Assembly (NCBI GenBank): GCA_963827275.1
Contig: CAWHAA010000008.1
Location: 352,001-416,000 of the forward strand
Direction of reading: 5' to 3'
DNA length: 64,000 nt
Source: an uncultured Spirochaetota bacterium
Lineage (GTDB): Bacteria > Spirochaetota > UBA4802 > UBA5550
The translations under genes and the position numbers were made by a program. This document shows positions 21,322-31,790 of this stretch, piece by piece (the stretch's first letter is position 1; each line of letters opens with the position of its first letter). The notes beneath the pieces were generated by a model. That model saw nothing but the letters and a program-made list of their open reading frames with translations. It was not told the origin of the DNA and made no database searches.

Positions 21322-22701
21322 ATGGATTTTACCTCGAATATTACACTACTCGCGCTCGTGCTGTTTTTTTTCGCGTATTTTATTATTTACAGGTTTTTCA
21401 AAGACAACGTCGCGGTGCTGAATGTCTTTGTCGCGGCGAGCTCCCTGTGCATGTACGCGATCTGGTACCCGCCGGCCGTGCTGATCCTGCTCTTTTACGC
21501 GGTACTGGTAAAATATGCGGGGGATGCGCTCCATCGCAACGGATCGAAAGCGCTGCTGCGCGCGCTGGTTGTGTTCATGGTCGTTGTCCTGGCGTTTTTC
21601 AAATACTACATCATATTTGTGATAGCGATTACGAAAAATCCATCCAGCCTCCTGAACGTCTTTGTCCCGCTGGGGATCTCTTTTTTCACCTGCACCATTA
21701 TCGGGCTCTTCATAGATATTTACCGGAAAGAAGCGGTGCCGCCGGAAACGCTGCTTGAGTCGGTGCTGTTCGTTTCATTCTGGCCGAGCATCTCTTCGGG
21801 GCCTATTTTACGGGGCGGTAATTTTTTTCAATTCCTGAAAAAGCGGGAGCCGGTTACCAGGGGCACCTTCGCCCTGAGCGCCGTCCTTATCGCTTCCGGG
21901 ATAATAAAAAAAATCCTCATAGCGGACAACCTGGGCTCCTGCGTGAACTGGAACATCGGGTTCGGCGTTGCGCGCCTTGACGTCCACGAGGCCTGGGCGA
22001 CAATGATCGGCTTTATCGGACAGATCTATGGCGATTTCAGCGGGTACAGCGACATGGCGATCGGTTTCGCCCTTCTCCTGGGGTTCAGGCTGCCCGCCAA
22101 CTTCAATTATCCGTATGTCTCGACAACGCTCGGTGAATTGTGGCGCCGGTGGCACATCAGCTTTTCCTTCTGGCTCAGGGACTACGTGTACATCCCGCTC
22201 GGCGGCAGTAAAAAGGGACGGGTGCGCAAATACCTGAACCTGATGATAACGTTCGTCGTCTCCGGCATCTGGCACGGCACCGGCCTCAATTATATCGTAT
22301 GGGGATCATTGCAGGGGATGGTCATTTCGATCGAAGACTACCTTGGCCCGCGATATACCCGGCTTAACCGAAACCTTCGCCGTATCGTGACTTTTCTGAT
22401 TTTTGTGATCGCCGCGGCCTTTTTCAGGCTGGACACGAAAAACGCGGTCACCATGCTCTCAAAGATGTTTTTTTACAATTCACTGAACTTCAGGCTCAGC
22501 ACCGCCACCTATTTTCTGCCGCTGGTCCTGGTGTTCGGTTTCGTGATCATCGACCACTGGGTGAAGTTTTATACTGTAGACGATAAAGGGTATCCGGAGA
22601 TAAATAAAAAGCCGTACGTGGTCGTCATCCTGTGCGCGCTGCTCCTGCTCGCCCTCCTTTTTCCCGGCCAGGACCAGCCGTTCATCTACTTCAAATTTTA
22701 G
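21322..22701 (+). CDS. MBOAT-family O-acyltransferase (AlgI/PatA/DltB-like)
   Basis: PLGISFFT, QIYGDFSGYSDMAIG, LWRRWHISFSFWLRDYVYIPLGG, catalytic His in SGIWHG. Confidence 0.93.
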   Translation: MDFTSNITLLALVLFFFAYFIIYRFFKDNVAVLNVFVAASSLCMYAIWYPPAVLILLFYAVLVKYAGDALHRNGSKALLRALVVFMVVVLAFFKYYIIFVIAITKNPSSLLNVFVPLGISFFTCTIIGLFIDIYRKEAVPPETLLESVLFVSFWPSISSGPILRGGNFFQFLKKREPVTRGTFALSAVLIASGIIKKILIADNLGSCVNWNIGFGVARLDVHEAWATMIGFIGQIYGDFSGYSDMAIGFALLLGFRLPANFNYPYVSTTLGELWRRWHISFSFWLRDYVYIPLGGSKKGRVRKYLNLMITFVVSGIWHGTGLNYIVWGSLQGMVISIEDYLGPRYTRLNRNLRRIVTFLIFVIAAAFFRLDTKNAVTMLSKMFFYNSLNFRLSTATYFLPLVLVFGFVIIDHWVKFYTVDDKGYPEINKKPYVVVILCALLLLALLFPGQDQPFIYFKF

Positions 22702-22709
22702 GCACGCAC

Positions 22710-23903
22710 ATGAGTCATAAAAAAATAATCATCAGCATCATTGTAACGCTTCTGGTGGGCGCCGCGGTATCAGCGGCCCTGCAGGCCTATAAGATTAAAA
22801 TCGAGAAGGAGATGGAAGCCCGTGAGGCGATAACGGACAATCCGTTTTATGAAGAGTTCCGCTCCGCCGGCGCCCGCTACGGATTGAACATGGACTTCAC
22901 CCGACGCGCCGCGTGCGTAAAGGGGACCCAGCTCGAACTGGAAAAGATACCCCTCCTCGGGTACGGGCGTCAATCGTGCGATATCCTCATCGTCGGCGAC
23001 AGCACCATGGCATGGGGCATGGTCCCCGAAGTTATTGAACAGATGACCGGCCTGAAGGTGGGCGTTTTCGGGTCAGAGGCGCTGGTCCTCAATGCGACCA
23101 TTGCGAAAGTCATTGATAATCTCGCGTCATATTATCTCAAGGACGACGGACTGCTCATCATCTCTTTCGGCGGATGGACGCAGGAGCAGAACGCGAACTC
23201 CATGGTGCTTGTCTATATTGACTGGATATACACTGTCGCGAGCATGAGCAACGCGGAGTTTGCCGCATACATGGAAAAGTGGAAAAAGGATCGGGCCGAC
23301 GGGGCCGCGGACGGCCTGCTGGACAGGCTCGCGTTTTCAGCGCACCGGAATTCGATCAGGGCGCTGAAAGACACGCTGGCTGAGCAGTATTGCTTTTCCC
23401 TCTTCCAGCTGCCCCTGTACAATGATTACATAGAACCGTTCATAAATCCAAAGTGGCACAAGCAGAAGATGGAGATGAAATCGAAGATAAAATGCTATCT
23501 GAGATGGAACAACAAGTCAATCGTGATGTATTCTTCTTACCAGGGAAAACGCTCTATCCATTCCGGGGCACGACCTGACCCCGGGTATACTAACAAGGAT
23601 ATCGCCATAGTTTCCGCACTGCTGAAAAAAATCCCCCGCAGAAAGGCGTACCAGATACATGTCAATTTCGATCATTCGAAGTACGCCAGGCTGAGGAGCA
23701 TTTACGCCTCGTATTACCGGGATTCGTTCGGCCTGATCGATCTAGGGGCCGATCACCCTGCGGATGCATCGTACGAGATGGACGAGAGCGGGCACACCAT
23801 CAATACCGGCGGTTTTTACCAGAGCGTCCTGATAGGCAACAATCTTAAGAGACATTTCAGCACGCTGGGAAAACTGCAGCCCGCCGGCCCGGCAATAAAA
23901 TAA
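22710..23903 (+). CDS. Membrane-anchored SGNH/GDSL-like protein (MBOAT partner)
   Basis: N-terminal TM anchor, LIVGDST block I, C-terminal DESGH (D..H); 8 bp after the MBOAT gene. Confidence 0.6.
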   Translation: MSHKKIIISIIVTLLVGAAVSAALQAYKIKIEKEMEAREAITDNPFYEEFRSAGARYGLNMDFTRRAACVKGTQLELEKIPLLGYGRQSCDILIVGDSTMAWGMVPEVIEQMTGLKVGVFGSEALVLNATIAKVIDNLASYYLKDDGLLIISFGGWTQEQNANSMVLVYIDWIYTVASMSNAEFAAYMEKWKKDRADGAADGLLDRLAFSAHRNSIRALKDTLAEQYCFSLFQLPLYNDYIEPFINPKWHKQKMEMKSKIKCYLRWNNKSIVMYSSYQGKRSIHSGARPDPGYTNKDIAIVSALLKKIPRRKAYQIHVNFDHSKYARLRSIYASYYRDSFGLIDLGADHPADASYEMDESGHTINTGGFYQSVLIGNNLKRHFSTLGKLQPAGPAIK

Positions 23904-24106
23904 TCCGCACCCGGATAATGACCATTAAACATGCCGTCATATTCCGCTTTTCAGCTTTCCAATGTCTTGACATATTTCACGCAGGATGTTTTTTTGGTTG
24001 AAGCGTCCATGAGCGCCGAAGGCGGTCACGGACCTGTCTGTCAGTCTGTCCGGAGGCATCGCCTCCTGTATAAAAAATAAGCATGTAATCAACGAGGAGA
24101 ACCATC

Positions 24107-25306
24107 ATGTCAAACAAGGAAGCTGTCATTTTATCAGCGTGCAGGACCCCTGTCGGGAGTTTTGGCCAGTCGCTCAAGGACGTCAAGGCCTTCCAGCTCG
24201 GGGCAATTGTGATGCAGGAGGCGATACGGCGGGCCGGCGTTGCTGGCGACATGCTCGACGATGTCATTTTCGGTGACTGCATCCAGACCAGCGAGGAGGC
24301 CAATACGGCGCGGACTGCCGCGCTCAAGGCGGGGATCCCCGTCGAGGTGCCGGCCACGACCATCCAGCGGCAGTGCGCTTCCGGTATGCAGGCCACGATC
24401 TTCGGGTCGCAGCAGATCATGTCAGGCGATTCCGATCTGGTCCTGGTGGGCGGATGCGAATCGATGAGCAACGCACCCTATGTGCTGAAAAACGCGCGGT
24501 GGGGCTACCGGCTGACACACGGCGAGATGACCGACTCCATGTGGGAACTCCTCCATTCCGGGAGCGGGCTCCTCGGCGAGCCGTTCATCATGGGCCAGAC
24601 CGCGGAGAACCTTGCCGAAAAATATAACATATCGCGGCAGGACCAGGACCAGGTGGCGTTCGAGAGCCACAAGAAGGCGATTGCCGCCATCGAAGCCGGC
24701 AGGTTCAAGGAGGAGATCATCCCCGTGCCGGTGCCGCAGCGGAAAGGCGAGCCGAAGATGTTCACCACGGACGAGCACCCGCGGCGCGACGTGAGCCTGG
24801 AGAGCCTTGCGGCCCTCAAGCCGGCCTTCAAGAAGACCGGGACTGTCACCGCGGGCAACAGCTCGGGCCTGAATGACGGCGCCGCCGCCATGATTATCGC
24901 CTCGGTGGAGACGGCGGAGAAGCTCGGCAAAAAACCGCTGGCGCGGATTGCCGGGAACGCGATCGCGGGCTGCGAGCCGCACCTGATGGGATACGGCCCG
25001 GTGCCGGCAGTGCAGAAGCTGCTCAAAAAAACCGGCAAGAAGCTCGGCGACATCGGGCTCTTTGAATGTAACGAGGCCTTTGCCGCCCAGTACCTTTCGG
25101 TCGAGCGCGGGCTCGGCCTTGACCGCTCGATCGTGAACGTGAACGGATCGGGCATTGCGCTTGGCCACCCGGTAGGGTGCACCGGCGCACGCCTCATCGT
25201 ATCCCTCATCCATGAGATGAAACGCCGCAACACCCAGTGGGGTATTGCCACGCTCTGCGTGGGCGGCGGCATGGGGGCCGCGGTGCTTATCGAAAACATC
25301 AAGTAA
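24107..25306 (+). CDS. Acetyl-CoA C-acyltransferase (thiolase)
   Basis: RTPVG, QCASG nucleophile, NEAFA, GHPVGCTG, LCVGGGMG. Confidence 0.96.
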   Translation: MSNKEAVILSACRTPVGSFGQSLKDVKAFQLGAIVMQEAIRRAGVAGDMLDDVIFGDCIQTSEEANTARTAALKAGIPVEVPATTIQRQCASGMQATIFGSQQIMSGDSDLVLVGGCESMSNAPYVLKNARWGYRLTHGEMTDSMWELLHSGSGLLGEPFIMGQTAENLAEKYNISRQDQDQVAFESHKKAIAAIEAGRFKEEIIPVPVPQRKGEPKMFTTDEHPRRDVSLESLAALKPAFKKTGTVTAGNSSGLNDGAAAMIIASVETAEKLGKKPLARIAGNAIAGCEPHLMGYGPVPAVQKLLKKTGKKLGDIGLFECNEAFAAQYLSVERGLGLDRSIVNVNGSGIALGHPVGCTGARLIVSLIHEMKRRNTQWGIATLCVGGGMGAAVLIENIK

Positions 25307-25330
25307 GAAAACAGCATCATTGTAGTATGA

Positions 25331-25368
25331 GAACACAAAAAGCGGCGCCATCGCCGCTTTTTGTGTTC
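25331..25368. terminator. Intrinsic terminator, bidirectional
   Basis: 17-bp perfect inverted repeat GAACACAAAAAGCGGCG / CGCCGCTTTTTGTGTTC after thiolase. Confidence 0.8.
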
Positions 25369-25570
25369 CCTGCAGGATTTTAATGGAAAAAAATTTTAAA
25401 AAAAGGTTGAATTAATTTTTTCATCAACTTGGAATATCAGTATTATAGATGGAAGTATTTTTTTTCGGGCATCGTGTCATGCTTTACCGCGTCGGCACTA
25501 CATACAGAGAAGCGCCGCGGACGCATGTACCGTCCCGGGATTCGGGTGATTACATCAGCGGAGGATTGAC

Positions 25571-26557
25571 ATGAAAAAAATAGCATTGATGATAGCGGGA
25601 GCGCTGCTCCTGGCCGGCAGCTGGACCACGGATGCCGGCGCATGGATCATCGTCCGGACAAACCTGCCCGGTGCTGCGCAGTCGTACGTGGACAAGGTGT
25701 TTCTGCCCTACCAGCGGCAGGTAAAGCTGGTCAAGGGATTCGCCAACGCAAGCGCATATTCATCACACGTGGCGACACAGCGCGGGTATCAGGGGTACGA
25801 AAAATTCGCCATTACCGCGGGGACGATGGCGGCCGCGCAGGTGCCCGCAACGGTTGTCGACCTGGGTTATTACAAAAAGCTCGCCGACCGGCTCATGAAA
25901 GAGGGGGACATCTATGTGGGCGTGGCGTGGAACGCCTGGTCGCTCAACGTAGGGGTAAAGCTCCCCGCCGGCTTCTCGATTTCCGGAAAATTCGGCATGC
26001 TGAAATACACGTACGATAAATTCGATATTGACGGCATGAATGCGGGGGGGATGATCAACTACCAGATCATCGAGCCCAAGGCGCCGCCGGTCAAGTTCGT
26101 CCTCTGGCGGGGGCTTTCCATTGGAACCGGCTTCATGTGGCAGTACAACAAGACCCGCTATCATTACAAGTCGCCTGACCCCCAATCGGCCGGGGGATAT
26201 ATCATACAGCCTGAGCTGAAAATATTCGCTAAGACTGAATCCTACGTCATCCCCCTCGAGATTTCAACCGCGGTGCGGCTCTTCTGGGTGCTCAATATCC
26301 ACGCCGGCGGCGGCATCGATTTCGCGTGGGGGTCGTCGCGCCTGAATTATTCCGGGATGGGCTTCGTGGCCGACGGGGGCACCGTCGGCATGTACGCCGT
26401 CTATGGCAGGCAGGGCGGGACCGGCCCGACAACATTCCTGCCGAAGATATTCTGCGGCCCGGGGCTGAATTTCGGTCCGGTCGTCATCGATATCCCGTTC
26501 ACCTATTACTTCAACAATGGCTTCGATGTCGGCGTGACGCTGGGCGTGGTCTGGTAG
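25571..26557 (+). CDS. Putative outer-membrane beta-barrel / surface protein (spirochaete type)
   Basis: Signal peptide (AGA-W), alternating beta-strand pattern, C-terminal aromatic VTLGVVW. Confidence 0.6.
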   Translation: MKKIALMIAGALLLAGSWTTDAGAWIIVRTNLPGAAQSYVDKVFLPYQRQVKLVKGFANASAYSSHVATQRGYQGYEKFAITAGTMAAAQVPATVVDLGYYKKLADRLMKEGDIYVGVAWNAWSLNVGVKLPAGFSISGKFGMLKYTYDKFDIDGMNAGGMINYQIIEPKAPPVKFVLWRGLSIGTGFMWQYNKTRYHYKSPDPQSAGGYIIQPELKIFAKTESYVIPLEISTAVRLFWVLNIHAGGGIDFAWGSSRLNYSGMGFVADGGTVGMYAVYGRQGGTGPTTFLPKIFCGPGLNFGPVVIDIPFTYYFNNGFDVGVTLGVVW

Positions 26558-26716
26558 CCGCGGCAGGGCGGAGTTGCGCGGGATCCGGTATCGCCGCTCC
26601 TGCGTTATGCGCGGGGCGCGGCGCCGGGTCAATAATTTATAACAATTGCTTGCAGCATGCCTGTTGGCCAGGCAGGATATATGTCCATATAACAATTATA
26701 GCGTAAGGAGTGGAAT

Positions 26717-28180
26717 ATGGTAAAAAAGTTTCTGAAGATCCTCGGCGGTCTGATCGGGTTCGTGGTGGTCCTCATCGTCGCCGCGAGTATTGCCATCATT
26801 CTTATCGTGAACAAGCAGCTGGTAGAAGACCAGATGAAGAAGGCCCTGAACCGGCACGTGCAGATACAGGACATCAAGGTCGGAATTTTCTCAATCGTGT
26901 CGGGGATAGAGGTGAAGGGCGTCACCATCTCCAACTTCAAGACCGGTACGCAGCTGGAGGCTCTCAAAGGAAAGCCGGTGCCCGCCCGCGACGTCTTCGT
27001 CAGCATGGAATCGCTCCGCCTGAAGCTGAAGTTCCTGCCGCTGCTCGATAAGAGGTTTGAGCTCAACGAGCTGGTGCTTCACACGCCGACGGTCAACGTT
27101 GCCCGCGGCAAGAATGGCAATTTTAACTTTGACGATCTCCTGCAGCCGAAGAAGCTCACGAAAGAGGAGCGGGAGGAGCTTGAGAAAGAGAAAAAGAAAG
27201 AGGAAGAGGAAAAGGCGAAAGAGCCGCAAAAACCCCTCACGGCGGACGATATACCCGTGGCGATCAGCATAGGGGAAGTGGGATTGAAAAACGGGACAAT
27301 AAATTATTACGATGCGAAGTTCGGCCAGCGGTTCCAGGTGTACAAGCTTACGGCGCTGGTGTCCGACATAGCGATAGATCCGAAAGATCTGCAAAAGAAG
27401 GACAACGCCAGGGTTAAATTCTACTCGGGGATCAGGACCGTCGGCCCGATGAAGAGCGGCTCCGTCGAATCGTTCGACATCACGTTCGATATCAGCGGCA
27501 ACGTGAAGCCTTTTGACCTGAAGACGCGGAAACTGGACCCGGAGATTTCGCTGCATGTCGGCTCTCCCGACGGCCAGTTCACCGGCCTCCAGATCTTTAA
27601 CGCCGTCGCCGGCGACAAGGTCCTGGGCAAGTATATCGGTGACGCCCTCTCGTTCCTGAAAGGCAAGCAGTCATGGAAGGGATCAAAGCTCGCCTATGTC
27701 AATGTATGGTACAAGGCGGGCGTGGCAAAGATCAGCGACGGGAACCTGAAGCTAACCGAAACATGGCTCCTCTTCGATGGCATGATCAAAACCGCCACCA
27801 AGGCCATGGACGTGAACCTGGAATTCGAGATGCAGAAATCGCGGCACAACGCCATCAGGGTCGGGATCCGGAGACAGATAGAGTCGGGCCTGAAGCAGAT
27901 GGGCGCCAAGAAGTATGCGAACCCGGAAAAGATTACCGATGTCGCGATGAAGCCCCTTCTCAACAAGAACGGCAGGGTCTACCTGAAGTTCAAGATCGCG
28001 GGAACAACCAGCAAGCCCGAGGCGACGCTGACCTTCCCGGCGCTCGGGTCGATAGGCGACATCATCAAGCAGGTCGCGGGCGACGTCGTCCTCGAAGCCG
28101 GCAAGGAAGCGGGTAAGAAAGCGGCGGAAGACGGCGCGAAGCAGCTTATCAAGAAGGCACCGAAGATCAAGCTCTGGTGA
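26717..28180 (+). CDS. AsmA-family protein
   Basis: N-terminal TM; LNRHVQI..GIEVKGVTI..LKLKFLPLL..L..PTVNVAR..NGNFNFDDL AsmA N-terminal pattern. Confidence 0.75.
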   Translation: MVKKFLKILGGLIGFVVVLIVAASIAIILIVNKQLVEDQMKKALNRHVQIQDIKVGIFSIVSGIEVKGVTISNFKTGTQLEALKGKPVPARDVFVSMESLRLKLKFLPLLDKRFELNELVLHTPTVNVARGKNGNFNFDDLLQPKKLTKEEREELEKEKKKEEEEKAKEPQKPLTADDIPVAISIGEVGLKNGTINYYDAKFGQRFQVYKLTALVSDIAIDPKDLQKKDNARVKFYSGIRTVGPMKSGSVESFDITFDISGNVKPFDLKTRKLDPEISLHVGSPDGQFTGLQIFNAVAGDKVLGKYIGDALSFLKGKQSWKGSKLAYVNVWYKAGVAKISDGNLKLTETWLLFDGMIKTATKAMDVNLEFEMQKSRHNAIRVGIRRQIESGLKQMGAKKYANPEKITDVAMKPLLNKNGRVYLKFKIAGTTSKPEATLTFPALGSIGDIIKQVAGDVVLEAGKEAGKKAAEDGAKQLIKKAPKIKLW

Positions 28181-28216
28181 TGCGATCACCGGGGTATTTT
28201 TAATACGCAAACAGGG

Positions 28217-28247
28217 AGGCGCGGTGAAGTACACCGCGCCTTTTTTT
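28217..28247 (+). terminator. Intrinsic terminator
   Basis: AGGCGCGGTG-AAGTA-CACCGCGCCT hairpin followed by a T run. Confidence 0.8.
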
Positions 28248-28396
28248 GTGGCCCGGGGAGGCAATAAAAACTGCCCGCGGGTGTCACAGAGACGCCTTCA
28301 ATGAGTATACGTAGTGGGTGAGGTGATGTCGCCGGGAGCCTGCCGCCGGAGCATGACTGAAATCATGAAATATTGTATATCAGAAGGTGCAGTGAG

Positions 28397-29473
28397 ATGA
28401 ATAATGTTGAAGTAAAAAAACTCGTTCTGAACAGGGCATTGAAAGAATTTTTCAGGGACGCGGTGCGGATTACGCGCAGAAATCCGTCCCAGCTGGTGTC
28501 GTTTGTGCGTACGATACTCTGGCTCAGGAAAGCGTCAAAGCTCCGAGCATACTGGAATGAAAGGAATGTGATGGTGCCGCCGATCATCATGTTCAGCATT
28601 ACCAACCGCTGTAACCTGAGGTGTGCCGGCTGCTATAACCAGTCGTTCCATTGCGCGGACAATGGAGAGTTGAGCGCTGAAAAGCTGAGGTCAATAACCA
28701 GGGAGGCGAAGGAGATCGGCGTTTCATTCTTTGTCATCGCGGGCGGTGAGCCGTTCATGCGGCCTGAATATGTGGAGATCATGAAGGAGCATCCGGAGAT
28801 CATCTTCCTTGTGTTTACCAACGGCCTGCTGATCGATGACGCGCTCATCGGCACGTTCGGCCGGCACCGGAATATCGTGCCCATGCTCAGCCTTGAGGGG
28901 GATGATCGGGACACTGACCGGCGGCGCGGAGAGGGGACCTTCGCCGCCCTGAGCGCGATCATGGCTGAAATGAAAAAGCAGTCGGTTTTTTTCGGGACCT
29001 CCCTTGCGATGACGCGGGATAATTTTTCGACAGTCACCGACCGGAAGTATACGGAGCAGCTGGCGAATTCCGGGTGCAAGTTCTTTCTCTACATAGAATA
29101 CACCCCGACCGCTGAAGGCACCGAGGACTGGGTGCTCACGGACGAGCAGCGCGGCCGGACCAGGGGCATAATGGAAAAATTTCGTTCCGAATTTCCGGCC
29201 CTGTTCATAGCCGTGCCCTGGGACGAAGATGATGTCGGCGGCTGCCTTTCGGCCGGCAGGGGATTTGTCCACATCAACGCAATGGGAGACGTGGAGCCGT
29301 GCCCCTTCGCGCCGTTTTCCGACACCAACATCAGGGATTCTTCGCTTATCGATGCGCTGAAATCCCGCCTGTTTGCAACGATCCGCCGGCGGCCTGAATT
29401 ATCAAGGGAAGAGGGCGGCGGGTGCGTACTGTGGAAAAACAGGGAGGTTGTGCAGTCGCTGCTGGATAATTAA
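28397..29473 (+). CDS. Radical SAM protein with SPASM/twitch domain
   Basis: CNLRCAGC, GGEPF, FTNG, GGCLSAGR..HIN..GDVEPCPF. Confidence 0.9.
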   Translation: MNNVEVKKLVLNRALKEFFRDAVRITRRNPSQLVSFVRTILWLRKASKLRAYWNERNVMVPPIIMFSITNRCNLRCAGCYNQSFHCADNGELSAEKLRSITREAKEIGVSFFVIAGGEPFMRPEYVEIMKEHPEIIFLVFTNGLLIDDALIGTFGRHRNIVPMLSLEGDDRDTDRRRGEGTFAALSAIMAEMKKQSVFFGTSLAMTRDNFSTVTDRKYTEQLANSGCKFFLYIEYTPTAEGTEDWVLTDEQRGRTRGIMEKFRSEFPALFIAVPWDEDDVGGCLSAGRGFVHINAMGDVEPCPFAPFSDTNIRDSSLIDALKSRLFATIRRRPELSREEGGGCVLWKNREVVQSLLDN

Positions 29474-29629
29474 TCGCGCGGGGTGCCGGGTAATGCCGAT
29501 CCTTTTCAGCCGTATACAGCGGATAATGTGGCGGCGTTTGCCATCTTCCCCCCCATACCGCCGGGCAGGGAGCTATCAGCCTGTGTCCGGCGGCAGTTTC
29601 ACGCCCAATTGCGACACGACTCACGCTAA

Positions 29630-29956
29630 CTATATAACCTGGGCAATTACAGCCCCGTTTGCATAATCAATTTGAACATCAATACATGCATTGCCTAATA
29701 ACTCCACCCTGGGATACGCATTTTTTATTGCATTACATAATTGTGTTTTTTGTTGATTGTTCAGCAACCGACTGTTCGACGATACCAAAATGTTTTCTGT
29801 TGATGGCGCCGGAAGATTGACCACCCGTATTTTATACGTTTTATAAAAACATGACACATCATATTTCCAGAAGACTTTTTTATTTTTTCCCGCCCATGTT
29901 CTTATAATGCCGGATAATCTTTTCTTTTCTAAAAGTCCTTGTCTGGTAGTGTTCAT
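29630..29956 (-). CDS. Hypothetical protein (AT-rich)
   Basis: 108-aa ORF translationally coupled to the MarR gene (ATGA overlap). Confidence 0.55.
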   Translation of the reverse strand: MNTTRQGLLEKKRLSGIIRTWAGKNKKVFWKYDVSCFYKTYKIRVVNLPAPSTENILVSSNSRLLNNQQKTQLCNAIKNAYPRVELLGNACIDVQIDYANGAVIAQVI

Positions 29957-30390
29957 CTTTTTTTTCTCTCTAATATTTTATTCATATATTTTGAAATGGC
30001 GGTTAGTGATTCAAAAAATTCTTTTTTTTCTTTTTCTGAGAAATCAGATATCAATGACTCCAGATAAACATCAAAGTCATCTTTTATAATTTTTGCAGCT
30101 TTAATTCCTTTGTTCGTGAGAGATAACGTTATTTTCCTTCTGTCGTTTTCAGGAGAGTTCCTTGTAATAAACCCGTATTTTTCGAGGTAATCAACGGAAC
30201 GGGTAAAGGAGCTTTTTTCTAATCCATTCATCTGGCTTATTTCGGACATTGATTTTTCATTATTCTCATTGATACACATCAGGATGTTTATCTGGGTTTT
30301 GTTTATAGCGAGGTTCAGTTTTGATATGTCATGTTCATAGAATACCTTTTTAATAAACTGCGGAAAAATAGTGATTCTGTCCCGAAACAT
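29953..30390 (-). CDS. MarR-family transcriptional regulator
   Basis: SMSEIS..LEKSSFTRSVDYLEKYGFITR..DRRK..LTNKG winged-helix pattern. Confidence 0.88.
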   Translation of the reverse strand: MFRDRITIFPQFIKKVFYEHDISKLNLAINKTQINILMCINENNEKSMSEISQMNGLEKSSFTRSVDYLEKYGFITRNSPENDRRKITLSLTNKGIKAAKIIKDDFDVYLESLISDFSEKEKKEFFESLTAISKYMNKILERKKR

Positions 30391-30618
30391 GCGCTCTTCC
30401 TTGATTGTTGTAAAAACAAAAGTTGTAAATACAACAATAAAGAAACGGCCACATCCTGTCAAGCAGATAATTCAATTGGGGTTATGTGCCGATACCTGGC
30501 AGATAAGGAATGGATCTTTAACCGGATGTGCAGGATCAACGTGCCCGGGATTTTGTGGTGCTTGATCCAATGGTGTTAAGTATCAAGAAGCCGGCATGGT
30601 GACGGGGGCTGGGCGTCA

Positions 30619-30999
30619 TTACATGAAATATGCCGCCACGCACACCGCGCCGACCGCGATCCGTACCGCCCCTTCCACGTACATCAGCTTTTTTACGTGC
30701 CAGTCGTTAAATTCGTCCGATGCGGCCTGGAACATCTGCCTGAACTTGTCAGGATAGAGGAGCACGAAGGGGCCGCTCAGTACGACGATGAGCCCGGTGA
30801 TGAAGATGAACGGCGAGAACCGGCCATCATACACGGTGAGAGGAAGTCCCGCGGCGATGAGCAGGAGCCCGTGGAGGAAAAAGAATTTACTCGATGACCA
30901 GGCCCGCCAGACGCTGAAGATGCGCCGGGGCATGATCAGGTCGCTCATGCCGAGGGTGATAAAAAATATCCCGAAGATTAATATATAGAGCCGGATCAT
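30619..30999 (-). CDS. Small integral membrane protein
   Basis: About four hydrophobic helices; coupled to the upstream hydrolase gene. Confidence 0.65.
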   Translation of the reverse strand: MIRLYILIFGIFFITLGMSDLIMPRRIFSVWRAWSSSKFFFLHGLLLIAAGLPLTVYDGRFSPFIFITGLIVVLSGPFVLLYPDKFRQMFQAASDEFNDWHVKKLMYVEGAVRIAVGAVCVAAYFM

Positions 31000-31790
31000 C
31001 GTTCTGCCGACCCGCTGCCTTCCGGCGCCGTCGGGCATTCTTCGGAGAGCCAGCCGATCAGTGACTCCTTGATGACGCGGATATCCGCGTCGCGCGTCAG
31101 GTTGTGGTCTCCATCCTCGATGATGACGGTCTTCAGAAATACCGGGAGCAGGTCCTCCAGGATGCCCGTGTTCCGCGGGTCCACGACGGCGTCCCTGCCG
31201 CCATGAATGGCCAGGACCGGGACGCGCACCTTCATGAGCGTCTCCTCCATGTCGATCCCCGCTATTTCGCGGAAGAAGGAATTTTTTATGTTTATCCCGT
31301 CAATTGCCGTCATGCCGTCTTCCGGGAGCGAGGCCGGGTCGCAGGCGCCGGGGATATCGGGAAACATGTTCCTGAAATCAACGGGCGCCGCGATAAGGAC
31401 CAGCGACCGGACTCCCGCGTCCCCGCGCGCGGCGTAGAGAAGGGTGACAGCGGCGCCCATGCTGGACCCCATCAGGTGGATTGCATTCACGCCCGATGCC
31501 TTGAAATGCGCGACCGCCGCTGAGAGGTCCTCAACCTCCTGAAGGACGGACAGGTCGCAGAGATCGCCCCCGGATTCGCCGGATGAGGAAAAGTCGAAGG
31601 TCATGAGCGCGTATCCGGCCGCGGCGATGTCATCCGCGAGCCTTGTTATCTTGTAGCCGTCCTTCGAGGAAAAGAGGCCGTGGCTGAAGATCACGCCGGC
31701 CCCGCAGGGCCGTTCCGGCCGGTATATCCTTCCGGCAAGCAAGCGCCCCCGGTTGTTTTTGAAACGGATGTTTTCACCCGACGCTGTCAT
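30996..31790 (-). CDS. Alpha/beta-fold hydrolase
   Basis: SHGLFS, FDFSSSGESGG, nucleophile GSSMG, IHGGRD..V, GDH. Confidence 0.9.
   Translation of the reverse strand: MTASGENIRFKNNRGRLLAGRIYRPERPCGAGVIFSHGLFSSKDGYKITRLADDIAAAGYALMTFDFSSSGESGGDLCDLSVLQEVEDLSAAVAHFKASGVNAIHLMGSSMGAAVTLLYAARGDAGVRSLVLIAAPVDFRNMFPDIPGACDPASLPEDGMTAIDGINIKNSFFREIAGIDMEETLMKVRVPVLAIHGGRDAVVDPRNTGILEDLLPVFLKTVIIEDGDHNLTRDADIRVIKESLIGWLSEECPTAPEGSGSAER

Noticed and set aside
27150..27235. Purine-rich low-complexity tract in asmA
   Set aside because: Simply encodes a Lys/Glu-rich linker in frame
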